Part shown: positions 38,375 to 50,720 of the stretch, piece by piece
Position numbering within the stretch: the stretch's first letter is position 1
How the letters are laid out: each line of letters begins with the position of its first letter
Assembly: GCF_006345805.1 (NCBI RefSeq)
Contig: NC_042998.1
Location: forward strand, 62,372,001-62,436,000
Reading direction: 5' to 3'
From: Octopus sinensis
Taxonomy: Eukaryota
DNA: 64,000 nucleotides
Made by a program: the position numbers and the translations under genes
Notes under the pieces: generated by a model
Database searches by the model: none
Seen by the model: only the letters and a program-made list of their open reading frames with translations
Told to the model about the DNA's origin: nothing

Positions 38375-39334
38375 TACTATTATTATTATTATTGTTGTTG
38401 TTGTTGTTGTTGTCGTCGTCATCATCATCATCATCATCATCATCATTATTTTTATTTTACACGTTTCAGCTGTAAGGCTGGGCACGTTACTGATATTGAA
38501 AGCATGAAAATATCACTTGAATTTTCACATCATTAGACGAATATATATCACGTATTCTGCGTATAACAATTGAATATATGAATGTATAACATATTTTCAA
38601 ACGTTTTTTTGTAGCCACCATTCAAATCTTTTAATCCTATTTCGATGTATTTACAAATATTTTTGCTTGAGTGTTGTTATGCTTTCTACCTGCGTGAATC
38701 GTCTGACTAACCGGCAACGTGAAACGCAGAATAATGATTCACAGATTGAGTATTCTCTTCCTTGTCAACTCGAACGTTCACCAATATATACACGCACGCT
38801 AGGTTTTCTTTTATTTTTTATTATACAGTTTATCTGATTATATGTCTGTTTTCATACATTTATTCATCTTTTTATATAATTTTCGTGTGGAAGAGCAACT
38901 ATATACTAAACAGTTTTGAATAATTCAACAATCCGAATTCCTTATAATATATCTAAATATATGAATCGTTTCTAAATAAGACGAGTACAAAGAATCATAA
39001 TACCCAATAACTCCGGTCTTTCGTAAACAATCTCTTCCTAAATAATAGTCATAAAAGAAATTTTAAAATATCACACAATTGTAAACACAGACGTCAAGAA
39101 AATTTAATTAGCAATATAGCAATATATCTCTTCTTGTAGTGTTTGCCAAAAATTTTGTAAGACTTTTATCTTTTCACGTTGAATATATTGAAGAAACAAA
39201 AAAAAAACACACCAAAAAACAACAAACACCAAGCAAAACAAGAAAGAGTATCATTGACCTACCTCAAAAAAGAAAAAAAAGAATCAAATTTTAAATATAA
39301 ATATCCAAACAAACGAACTTTAGTCTTCCCCAAC

Positions 39335-39390
<56 letters not shown>

Positions 39391-39394
39391 TAAA

Positions 39395-40460
39395 AAGAAG
39401 AAAATAAATTATTCTGTTTCTGGCTGCCCTGTCTTGGCCAAGAAAGAATATATCCATAGACATGGCAGAGTTGGGAGTTACATACATTGGAAGTTGTGCC
39501 AGCACTATGGAATGCCAACGGAAAAAAAAAGATGGTAATGGCATACCATAGAAAAGGTCTCAGAAAAATGACAAAATAACCATATTCCGGAAAATGGAAT
39601 ATCTGTACTCACTGTTAGGGAGATCAAGGCCAATCGGCTAGATATTGTTATCAAGAACTGCCAAGAAAATAAAAAAAATGTTTTCTCAACGATATCTATA
39701 TTAATAGGTGCTAAAGTACCTATTATTATCATAGGGGTTGATTATTGATGTTACTGATAGAGATTAGTAAAACAGTATGTATACAAATACATAACTTAAA
39801 CCCCAGGACCGATGATATGGAATGGAGTGAGGAGCGAATAAGAAAGAACTTAGCTATTGGTTGGATAGATTATCAGAAAGCATACGATAATGTCCCACAC
39901 TGTTTTTAATCTTTGCACTGACCATCGAAGTTGATGAAGGAAATTAACAGTTTTTTAAAAATAGGCAAAGAATAGGCAATAGATGTAGAGCAAAAATACA
40001 GATATGAATAATTAAGTAAACTGAAAATACGTTTAGGCGGTGAGTATGTCAAGGAAACTCTCTATCTTCATAACTTTTCATCATTGCGTTGGTCCCTCTG
40101 AGAGGTATACTGAGAAAATCCAGGTCTGCCTATGAGCTTCTCAGAATCGGGGTGAAAATATAACACCTATTCTTTATGGAAGAAGCTATTAAAATGAACA
40201 TTATAAAGATTAAGAATGATAAATGTCAGTCAATCTGTGGAGAAAAAGATGAAACTACGGTGTCTTTATTCCTGTTTGTATTCCAACCTAAAGGCCGTGG
40301 CTCTGTTGAGGCACCACCGTATTCACCAACTATTCAATGGCCATTCTCTTATGGTTGGCTTTTGATGAATAACGAAGCTTGATATTCTTGCCCTCGTTTG
40401 AGTATCTAGTCGCGGTAAAGGCTCATCTGAGATTTTGAACAGCAGGTCAAGTTACTTCTT
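39395..40460 (+). mobile_element. Scrambled, decayed R4/Dong-like fragments
   Basis: GCPVLAKKEYIHRHGRVGSYIHWKLC after (TAA)n; further on KNLAIGWIDYQKAYDNVPH. Confidence 0.7.
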
Positions 40461-40669
40461 GAATTCTTTTGACGCCACTCCATGGAGATCTCTCAGGTGT
40501 TTTGACAAGATAATAAACAGTTACGGGTCTTTGAAACCCAAACTATTGCCGTACCTGGTCCTCACTCTTGACAGGGTTGTTGGGGCCTCTTGTTATGTGC
40601 ATCAGCATCTTGTTTCGGATTGATTTAACTCACGATACTAAAGTTTGGTGCCAGCCCCACTGAGAAGCA

Positions 40670-41270
40670 AAGTCGACCTCGGCGGAATTTGAACTCAGAA
40701 CGTAAAGACAAACGAAATGCCGCTTAGCATTTTGCCTGGTGTGCTAACGTTTCTTATTTCTTTATTGCCCACAAGGGGCTAAAAATAGAGGGGACAAACA
40801 AGGACAAAGGGATTAAACCGATTACATCGACCCCAGTGCGTAACTGGTACTTAATTTATCGAGTTAGCTACTTTTCATCATTATTTCTCTCTTGTACAAC
40901 ATCTGCCAATTTAGTGGAATTTACTACATGGAGTAGAGTCGAAACTCCTCTAGTCTAGTGGTGTTTATTTCCATCCTGAGTTGAAATTCTACCGAGTTTG
41001 ATTTTTTTCTTTTATACAAAACAAAAGCAAGTACAAGAATTTGAACTCAGAACGTAGGGATAGACGAAACACCGCTAAGCTTTTCGCTGGCGTGCTAACA
41101 TTTCTTATTTTTTTACTGTCCACAAGGGGCTACACACAGAGGGGGCAAACAAGGACAGACAAACGGATTAAGTCGATTATATCGACCCCCAGTGCGTAAC
41201 TGGTACTTATTTAATCGATCTCGAAAGAATGAAAGGCAAAGTCGACCTCGGCGGAATTTGAACTCAGAGC
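40670..41270 (-). mobile_element. Cluster of SINE family A copies
   Basis: Repeated GTCGACCTCGGCGGAATTTGAACTCAGAAC blocks. Confidence 0.8.
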
Positions 41271-42419
41271 CGATTCAATCGACATTTGAACCCTCGACTT
41301 CAGAATTTGTAGTCGCCTCTTTCTATCATTACATTTTTTTGCCAAAATCTTTTCCGTTATGAACATCGATAGTTTGATGATATAAAAACAAAATTTTCAG
41401 AAAGTATTAAAAGTGCGAATTAAATGCTATTATAACCAGCAACAACACGCCCTTGATCTAATCGCCGCTAGAAGGCACTCTCTTCGATAGGATTTTGAAA
41501 CATAGATTCTTTTAGTTTAATTTTTGTCTTTTAGAAAATTGAAAAAGAAAAAGGAAAAACGTTGTGAAGAAGGAAATGTCAGCCCATTTCAACCAATCAA
41601 TAAAATAAATTAATAAACGACATAGAAGTAAATTCTAGGTTCCCCTTTGCCATTATTTAAAGTTCAAATCCCAATTTTTGCAACAGTCCAGTAATATAAA
41701 AAGATTTACTTTTTTTAATTCTAAATAAATTATTCATTTATCTGTTTATTTATTTACCTACCTTTTCACTTATCCATCGCTGTTTCTTATCTATAGTCAT
41801 TGATCTTTATTTATTTTGTGATCGTAGCCGTTGAGCTATATTTATTTCTGTAATCTATAAGTATTGATTGGATCCATACCTTACGACGTTAGAGTAATTT
41901 ACAATTCTGAAAAAAAAAAAAAAATCAAACAAACTATTTTCAAAGAAACTTTTCACAATGCTGTGAAAATAGAATAAATCCTCTCGTCGAAAACACGTAA
42001 TTTTGTGTTAACTGAGAAAACATGTTGCTTTGTTAAGTGTTAAATAACAAAACCTAGTTTTCTTAGACTTTGTCATTTTTATTTCTAGAATGCCTCGTAA
42101 TCAAACTGGAATGCATTAAAACCTCTGTTTACAATTTAGCTACTTTTCATCATTATTTCTCTCTTGTACAACATCTGCCAATTTAGTGGAATCTACTAGA
42201 TAGTGTTTTTTTCTCATGGTGAATAACCATTCTTTATTTTGCTGATCAGTTATAAAATATATTATACGTTCTTACGTAGTACTGAAAATCATCCAACCAA
42301 TTTTTTTGAGAGGCGAGAGAAATACAAAGTGTTTCTTAAAGTCTCGTAATCCTTATTCTATTTTAGTGTTGTTATCACTGTTAATGTTATCGCTAGTGTT
42401 ACTGTTGATGTAAATATTC

Positions 42420-42985
42420 TTTTCTACTCTAGGCACAAAGCCCGAAATTGTTTTTTGGTGGGGGGGGGGGGGCAGTCGATTAGATCAACCCCAGTACGCA
42501 GCTGGTACTTAATTTATCGACCCCGAAAGGATAAAAGTCGACCTCGGTGGATTTGAACTCAGAACGTAGCGGCAGAAGAAATACCTATTTCTTCACTACA
42601 CAGAGAGGACAAACAAGGACAGACAAACGGATTAAGTCGATTATATCAACCCCCTAGTGCGTAACTGGTACTTATTTAATCGACCCCGAAACGATGAAAG
42701 GCAAAGTCAACCTCGGCGAAATTTGAACTCAGAACGTAGCCGCAGACGAAATACCTATTTCTTTACTACCCACAAGGGGCTAACCACAGAGCGGACAAAC
42801 AAGGACAGACAAACGGATTAAGTCGATTATATCGACCCCAGTGTGTAACTGGTACTTATTTAATCGACTCCGAAAGGATGAAAGGCAAAGTCGACCTCGG
42901 CGGAATTTGAACTCACAACGTAACGGCAGACGAAATACGGCTACGCATTTCGCCTGGCGTGCTAACGTCTCTACCAGCTCGCCGC
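42420..42985 (-). mobile_element. SINE family A trimer
   Basis: One head, three internal units, one tail. Confidence 0.88.
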
Positions 42986-43306
42986 TTTACTGTTACTGTA
43001 AATATTGCAACTACTGTCGATGTTGTATTGTTATGTGTTGCTGTTGTTGTTGATGCTGTTGTTGCTTTAGTTAATTCTGTTGCTGATGTCGTCGTGATGT
43101 TGGTAGTTCTTCAACTTCAGATTAATCATAATCATGCAAACCTATCATAAAAAATGTCCCAACTGTGACCATCCCGTCATTTTCTCAGGTATAATGTATG
43201 TAAGACGACACTATAGAAACGCATTTTTCCATTTTGAGACGTCAGATGGTAATTTAAGGGAAATATGATGTTTGATAGCCAGTTCTAGCGGTCAAGTGGC
43301 TGCATA

Positions 43307-44175
43307 CAGGGTGCGGCAAAATGATCTAACATATTTTTAGGTTTAATAAAAGTGTGTGTTCTTATTTTCGAAATGTACACATAATGCCATTTCCTTTCAT
43401 TTTGTTTTAAAAATTTAATCAGTCAAGTGGGTGCCGTTACTGTCCGCACACTGTCGAAGGGGTTCACAAAAGTTGTGTCCATTACTCGATAGGTCATTTC
43501 ATGGGGAATGACAGCAATTTCTCGATGAATGGCATTTTTTAATTGTTCAATAGATTGAGGGCGATGAGTGTATACGTCTGATTTCATGTATCTCCAGAGG
43601 TAAACATCACACGGGTTCAAATCAGGTGATCGACTAACCGATGTCACTGCGCAATGAGAACAAATGACCGGGGAACATCTCCCCCAAAATCTCCATCGCA
43701 CATCGAGAAGTGTGAGCTGTTGCCCCATCCTGCTGAAATCAAACATTGTCCCTATTGTCAAGTTCATTTAATTTAGGTTTCAGAAAGTTCTCTAGCATAA
43801 CACAATATCGATCAGAGTTCACGGTCACTTTAACCTTGTCTTCTTCGAAGAAGTACGGACCCCAAATGCTGAATTCTACCGCCGCAGAATTTTGAGTAGG
43901 TACAGGATTACATCCACCAAGTTTTAAGTGCACAAAGAACACAGTTATGGATTCGTTGTTCTTTATAAAGGTTTCCATAATGAAAGCACGGTGCTTGTTC
44001 GTCTAATACATGTTAGCAACTGAAAGCAAAATAAAACAAAATATCACAAATGGTACCTATTGAAACAAAATGGCATTATATGTACATTTCGAAGATAAAA
44101 ACGCATGTTTTGTTCTCAAATCTATTTCACTTTTATTAAACGTACAAATGTGTCAGATCATTTTGACGCACCCTG
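43307..44175 (-). mobile_element. Tc1/mariner DNA transposon, internally deleted, intact TIRs and TA target duplication
   Basis: TA-CAGGGTGCGGCAAAATGATCT... and ...AGATCATTTTGACGCACCCTG-TA. Transposase pieces GPYFFEE..TVNSDRYCVMLENFL, FQQDGAT and SRSPDLNPCDVYLWRYMKSDVY (rosa/DD41D-like motifs). Confidence 0.9.
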
Positions 44176-44196
44176 TAGAATCTTATTACTTAGTAT

Positions 44197-44235
<39 letters not shown>

Positions 44236-44534
44236 ATGATAGTAGTAGTAGTTGTTTAGCTCCTAGTTAACTCTGATAGAAGCAACCTTAGATCAAAAAT
44301 ATTCCAGCCGTAACCACTCCGTCTTTTTACAAGTATGCATAAAACAACATTATTTCAATAAGTTTTCTCTTATTTAAAGATGTGATTTTATGGAAGTTTG
44401 GTTTGTATTTCTAGCATGCAAGCGACTATGTAGAGTAGGAGTTTTCAACCATTTAAAAAAAAAAAATCTATGGACCCCTTTGATTACGATTTTATTCTGG
44501 TGGATTCCCGTAGCCATTCGATATTTAAAAACAA

Positions 44535-45118
44535 GGCGGCGAGCTGGCAGAAACGTTAGCACGCTGGGCGAAATGTGTAGCCGTATTTCGTCTGTCGTTA
44601 CGTTCTGAGTTCAAATTCCGCCGAGGTCGACTTTGCCTTTCATCCTTTCGGGGTCGATAAATTAAGTACCAGTTACGCACTGGATTCGATGTAATCGACT
44701 TAATACCTATGTCTGTCCCTGTTTGTCCTCTCTGTGCTTAGCCCCTTGTGGGTAGTAAAGAAATAGGTATTTCATCTGCGGTTACGTTCTGAGTTCAAAT
44801 TCCGCCGAGGTCGACTTTGCCTTTCATCGTTTCGGGGTCGATTAAATAAGTACCAGTTACGCACTGGTGTCGATATAATCGACTTAATCCGTTTGTCTGT
44901 CCTTGTTTATCCTCTCTGTGTTTATCCCCTTGTGGGTAGTAAAGAAATAGGTATTTCGTCTGTCTATACGTTCCGAGTTCAAATTTCGCCGAGGTTGACT
45001 TTGCCTTTCATCCCTTCGGGGTCGATAAATTAAGTACCAGTTGCGTACTGGGGTCGATATAATCGACTGGCCCTCTACCCCAATATTTCGGGCCTTGTGC
45101 CTAGAGAAGAAAAGGATA
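44535..45118 (+). mobile_element. SINE family A trimer with a 184-bp internal period
   Basis: CGTTC(T/C)GAGTTCAAAT at 44601, 44785 and 44969. Confidence 0.9.
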
Positions 45119-45826
45119 TTTAAAAACTAGTTTAAGCAAAATTCCTACTTCGCTTTTCACACATTAACTTGTGTAGGTTGATCTATGTAAAATGTTAGAT
45201 AAAGAACCCCAGCTGTTTTTTTTCAGGGGCCCTTAAAATACAATTGTGAAACCCCAATAATCTTATACGGAAGTCTCAGGGATCATATGGACCCCGGTTG
45301 AGAACTGCTGATGTAGAGTCTCTCTTGATAGTTCGCTATAATAGTAGTAATTTTGGTGGTGAGAGTAGTGGAAGCTTGGTTAGTGGTTAAGGTGAAAGTG
45401 GTAGTTGCAGTAAGAGTTGTAGTCGTAGTGGTAATAAATATATGTGTGGAAGCGGTAGTAGTAGTGGTTACAATGACAGAGGCTGTTTCGTATTGCAAGG
45501 GGAACATTAAAAAACAATTCTATAGTCATATAAGATAAAATATTCTGAATGAGGATTATACGTATGTCATGGAAAGATTATAAAGCTGATAATATAAACT
45601 CAATGCAGATTAAGGAGAGAAAAATATCAAGAGGATCTCAAAGTCCCAGAGAAAAATAGTTTTAAATGATAGTAGCTGAATGGGAAATACAATGAAATGT
45701 CAATAACATTGGCCTACAAGATTCAACATTTTTCTCGTACAGAGACGAAATCAATCTTTAATAATTTTGGATCTCTGATAACAGAAATAGTATTCATTTT
45801 TAAAGATTATCTACAAATTTTGAACT

Positions 45827-45986
45827 TTATTTACATTATGTACATTATTTACATATGACGATATTATTTGTCCTCATCATGTTTGTTGTTAACACAACGT
45901 TTCGTCTGATATACCCTCCAACCGTCATCAGAGGCCTTGGGGAAATCTCGAAACTGGGTTCTCATTCCTAAGTTATTTTTCGATGT

Positions 45987-46064
<78 letters not shown>

Positions 46065-46232
46065 TAATAATAATAATAACAACAACATCGAAAAATACCT
46101 TAGGAATGAAAACCCAGGCTCGAAATTTCCCCAAGACACCTGATGAAGGCTGGAGGTTATATCAGCCGAAACGTTGTGTTCACAACAAACAAGATGAGGA
46201 AAAATATCTGGCAAATGTAAATAATGTAAATA
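45827..46232. mobile_element. Foldback element: two hammerhead-bearing arms inverted around (TAA)n
   Basis: 45827-45988 is the approximate reverse complement of 46082-46232. The right arm carries GACAC CTGATGA A GGCTG..CAGCC GAAAC GTT GTGTT. Confidence 0.85.
46135..46180 (+). ncRNA. Minimal type I hammerhead ribozyme
   Basis: CUGAUGA core, stem II GGCUG/CAGCC, GAAAC-GUU with palindromic ACGU, stem I GACAC/GUGUU. Confidence 0.75.
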
Positions 46233-46239
46233 AGTTCTG

Positions 46240-47118
46240 TCAATATAGAAGTTTTAAAAATCTTAACTGAAGAAAATTCCAAGAAAACTGTGCGAAAGTT
46301 AGCAAAGCATTTCATTTCAAATAACATTTCGATCATAAAATACCTCCATGAATAGGCAAGGTGTCTAAACATGGCCAGTTGGTTCCTCATCATCTGACTG
46401 CTTCTTGGTTAATCTAAAGAGTTCCCTTCTGGTCGTCATTGAAGAGTTGACTTATTACCGAAACTTCGCTGGGTAGAATCATCATAAGTGATGAAAAGTG
46501 GGTTCCCTATAACGATGTCCAACGATGACGATGAGAGTTAGTATCCATTGAAGAAAAGAGAATCAATTTCCAAAACAGGACTGAACCCGAAAAATGTTAT
46601 GCTCTCACTATGTTTGGTGAGATATGGAGGGTGTCGCCTGCCATGAAATGTTAAACCAAAACAGAACAGTGAATGCAGAGAAGTATTGTCGTGAATTGGA
46701 AGCATTACACGAAAATTTTGTAGGAAAAGCATTCATCACTGGTCAATCATAAAGGGATTTTCTCGTTACACAATAATCCAAGATCACATATTACCCAAGT
46801 TGTTCAGGAAAAGGTTATAGCACTAAATAATAGAAGTTTTAGCTCATCCGCTTTACTCGCTTAACCTTGCTTCGTCTGACTGTCATCTTTTCAGATTATT
46901 GAAACATAGGAGGAAAGGAGTTAAAATGATATTGTGTGTTTCTTTGCTTCGAAACCCGAAGAATTTCATTTGTGAAGGATCAAGAATTTGCCAAATAGAT
47001 GGGATTATGGTACCAATAACGAGGGGAAAATTTATTGATTACATATACCAATTAACAACAAAGAAGCATTTGTTTCTTTCCCATCTTGAAATACGATAGG
47101 GTTCTCTTTCCAACCTAG
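46240..47118 (+). mobile_element. Decayed mariner (DD34D) transposase and 3' TIR
   Basis: LVPHHL, RIIISDEKWV, HEMLNQNRTVNAEKYC, LHNNPRSH, VLAHPLYSLNLASSDCHLF; ends ...TTCCAACCTA. Confidence 0.8.
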
Positions 47119-47529
47119 TCTCTCGCTCTTTCTGTTTGTCTGTCTATCTGTCTCCCCCCTTTCCCCCTCTCTCCACACACACACATATATTTACATATAT
47201 ATACAGTGATAAACTAGTGCTGATGGCTGCTAGTGATGATGAAGTAACCACGACTGCAATGGTGATGGGGCTTTACGATGATGATAAAATTTATTCTAAG
47301 ATACCGAAGAAGGTGGCGGGGCGAGGGTTGATAGCGATAACTGCAAAGAGAAATATCAACAACAGCAGTAACAACAACAAAGAAAATTAAGAAGAGAAAC
47401 ATCAGAAAGCAACATCAACGGTAACAAAATGAATAATAATACATATATAGAGCGGATGATGGGAAAAAGCATCTTGTCACGTTTGATGTGTAAGAAGAGA
47501 CACAAAGGACGCACGGATCACATGTAGAC

Positions 47530-47556
47530 ATGTATGTGAGTGTGTATGTATTTATC

Positions 47557-47588
<32 letters not shown>

Positions 47589-47920
47589 TGTATGTATGTA
47601 TGTATGTATGTATGTATGTATGCGTGTATGTATGTATGTATGTATGTATGTATGTATGTATGTATGTATGTATGTATGTATTATGTATGTATTTGTGTAT
47701 GCGTGTATGTGTGTATGTATGCGTTTATGTGTGTATGTATGTGTATGTATGTGTGTATGTATGTATGTATGTGTGTATGTATGTGTGTATGTATGCGTTT
47801 ATGTGTGTATGTATGCATGTATGTGTTTGTGTGCGTTGTACTGGTATCTCTGTCTTCTCAAGAATAGTAAACAGAATAGAAAATGCATGCGTATACATGC
47901 ATATATATATATATATATAT

Positions 47921-47990
<70 letters not shown>
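47530..47990. repeat. (TATG)n/(TA)n microsatellite
   Basis: Directly visible. Confidence 0.95.
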
Positions 47991-48004
<14 letters not shown>

Positions 48005-48808
48005 CATATATATTCATATACATACCTACCTACATACATACACAATATATATGTGCTTCTACATATTGGCACAATATATGCTTATAATTTGTGATTTTAC
48101 ACGCGCACACACACACACACACACTCATATGTACATATGTGTATAAATATAAATATGTGTGTGTGTGCGTGTATATATGTGCCTGTATGTATATTGGTAG
48201 TGGGATGTTTACACACGTACTTTTGAGCAGATAAAAACATTTGAAAACACAACTGCAAACACGTATGCACGAATTCTCTCTCTCTCTCTGATACTCGCAC
48301 GCACACAAAGACAATGTGCTCACAACTGAAAGTATGTGTGTGTGTGTATGTGAGATAAAGATGTTTGTTTGTGGTACATATTCGCATATTTCTGGGAAGA
48401 TGTATTCGCACACGCGTACCTCTGACTGGTTTTAAAGAAAGACTGTTGCCTACCTTCTTAAATATCAATTGCTAATAGCCAATAATGGTTTTTACAATAG
48501 TTCCTGTTGATATAACCGTGGATTCTGTTTTTCTTCTTCGACACCATGTTAAACTGTCACGATATCCAATGTATGTATATTATAACGAAGTAATACAAAT
48601 AATTAACAATTCTACATTTCTTACTGTAAATAAACAAAAAAAGGTATAATAAATATAAACTGTATATGTATATTTGTGTTCTGTTATTTGTTTATCTAGA
48701 CATTTGATCCCGGCTATGTTGGGAGGATTGACTAGAAGCGTTATCAGTTGATTATATTAACCTCAGTTCATTGGCTGCTGCAGAAGAATATTATTATTAT
48801 CATCATAC

Positions 48809-48900
48809 ATGGGGGTTTAAATGTGAAAATTCACGTGAAGGGAGTCGTACATTAAAACTGCAGAGTATTTCTGTTCTACTATACCAGTTTTCTTTCCACG
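48809..48900 (-). CDS. Candidate host exon, 92 nt (WKENWYSRTEILCSFNVRLPSREFSHLNPH)
   Basis: Acceptor TTCTTTTATATCAG, donor GTATGA, one open frame. Not recognised. Confidence 0.2.
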
Positions 48901-48917
48901 CTGATATAAAAGAACTA

Positions 48918-48990
<73 letters not shown>

Positions 48991-48994
48991 ATAT

Positions 48995-49232
48995 TACTGG
49001 GATCGCCTTAAAGCCTTGAAACTCTACTCTCCCCAGTGCCGCCGCGTGCGGTACATCATTTGTACGATGTGGAGAATATACCGCCAACATTGCCCAAACG
49101 ACCTAAACATTAGTTTCAAGGTTCATCCAAGGTTGGAACCACGGGCCATACACCCCCTGCCCAATTCAGGATCTCAGCATATAGGTACACTGCAATATAA
49201 TTTCTTCTCCTCAACAGGCCCTGCCTTGTTTA
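48995..49232 (+). mobile_element. CR1/L2-like LINE C-terminal fragment
   Basis: YWDRLKALKLYSPQCRRVRYII..W and FFSSTGPALFN. Confidence 0.65.
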
Positions 49233-49254
49233 ACGCTCGGGATGATGAGAAAGT

Positions 49255-49290
49255 CTTTTACGTTTCGAGCCTACGCTCTTCAACAGAAAG
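49255..49290 (-). ncRNA. Minimal hammerhead-like motif with CUGUNGA core, copy 2
   Basis: Reverse complement CTTT CTGTTGA A GAGC GTAG GCTC GAAAC GTA AAAG. Confidence 0.6.
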
Positions 49291-49596
49291 GAATACGAGA
49301 AAATAAGCAGGGAGAGAATAAAAACAACTTTAATGGTTAGCGGTCAATCATGGTGATATATATATGTATGTGTGTGTGTGTGTGTGTGTGTATTGAACTT
49401 TCACTTTTCGTATGAGTTAGCATAATGGTTAATCAATACTTAGAACTCCATGTCAGTCCATGTATATCCAAATTCCAATCATATACTAAATATAATTTGT
49501 CTTCCGATTTTCTTTTGATATCATTTGATTTTGAATGATATACAGAGTCTGCATTTCAGAGCTGAATAAAACAGATTTGGTTTAACTTTTTATTAG

Positions 49597-49657
49597 GCCA
49601 TCATAAATTGCAACTTCTTTACACGTGTTTCACAAGCGAATGTTGGATGGTTCACTG
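49597..49657 (+). CDS. Candidate host exon, 61 nt (AIINCNFFTRVSQANVGWFT)
   Basis: Acceptor TTTAACTTTTTATTAG, donor CTG/GTATGT. Conflicts in strand with the neighbouring minus-strand candidates. Confidence 0.2.
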
Positions 49658-49741
49658 GTATGTTGGATGTTTATCATTGCGTAGGAGATTGAAACGACAG
49701 ATTTTCAGAAGCAAATTGTAATTTCATCTATATGTACTTAC

Positions 49742-49774
49742 AATTCTTCGTTGGTTGGCAGTGCTAAATAAGAA
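49742..49774 (-). CDS. Candidate 33-nt exon (SYLALPTNEE)
   Basis: AG acceptor, GTAAGT donor, phase 2-2, in frame with 50086-50280. Confidence 0.25.
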
Positions 49775-50085
49775 CTGAGTGAATATTTCTGAGAACATTC
49801 TATGTATAGTTGATTAGGAAAGGAAAATTATTATTGATATTTTATCAGTGAGACAAAGACAGAAAAAAGAAGGAAAAATAATAATCGTAATCGGGATCTC
49901 TTACGAAGAAAAGGGAATTGAATATCTAAACTGTCATAGATCAAAGTTAACAATGATAAATGTTTCAGAAATCAGTAGAAGAGGAAAAACAGGCAGAAAG
50001 TTTTGAGTAAGAGATAGCTGTACTCACTCGTAAACACAGGCACTCTCATACTCATCCATATACGTATATAACTTTATTTACTTAC

Positions 50086-50280
50086 ACCTGCCGACATATG
50101 GATATATCCGAACGTCTAAATATACACATCATCTGCACATATACGAAAAGTGTTTCAAAGTCAACTTGCCTCAACAAATCGAGTGCGTTGTGAACAGACA
50201 TCATTTGTAAGAAGTTGTTCACCGAAGTCGAAATACACCAGCGATTAGCATCTTCACGTTTAAATCTGCTATAGTAAATT
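50086..50280 (-). CDS. Candidate 195-nt symmetric exon, product unknown
   Basis: Acceptor AAATTCTCTCAG, donor GTAAGT, 64 stop-free codons IYYSRFKREDANRWCISTSVNNFLQMMSVHNALDLLRQVDFETLFVYVQMMCIFRRSDISICRQ. Confidence 0.35.
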
Positions 50281-50509
50281 CTGAGAGAATTTTGTTTTGT
50301 GATATAATTGAACTCTCAACCGGTCTTCCATGTTTTAAATTAGTTTGTGTTAATTAGAAATATATATATATATATTTAAACTTATGTACATTCAGATCTT
50401 TAAAACCTAGATGAGAAACCGATTAATTTTTCTGAATACAAAATATTCCGATTTTTGTTGCTTAAGAGACAAAAATCGCCCAATTGTTAAATTGGCATAT
50501 ATTATCCTT

Positions 50510-50720
50510 TCAACTAGAGGCGCAAAACTTGAAATTTTGTAGGGTAGTGACTGGTCGATTACATCGATGCCAGTACGCAACTGGTACTTAATTTATCGAC
50601 CCTGAAAAGGTGAAAAGCAAATTCGACCTCGGAGGAATTTGAACTCAGAACGTAGCGATGAACGAAATACTGCTAAGCATTCCGCCCAGCGTGCTAACGA
50701 TTCTGCTAGCTCGCCGCCTT
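50510..50720 (-). mobile_element. SINE family A
   Basis: Match to the family consensus. Confidence 0.85.

Noticed and set aside
45200-45310. hAT-like MITE end (GGACCCCGGTTGAGAACTGCTG); similar at 11893
   Set aside because: Only one terminus visible, with no matching TIR or 8-bp target duplication.
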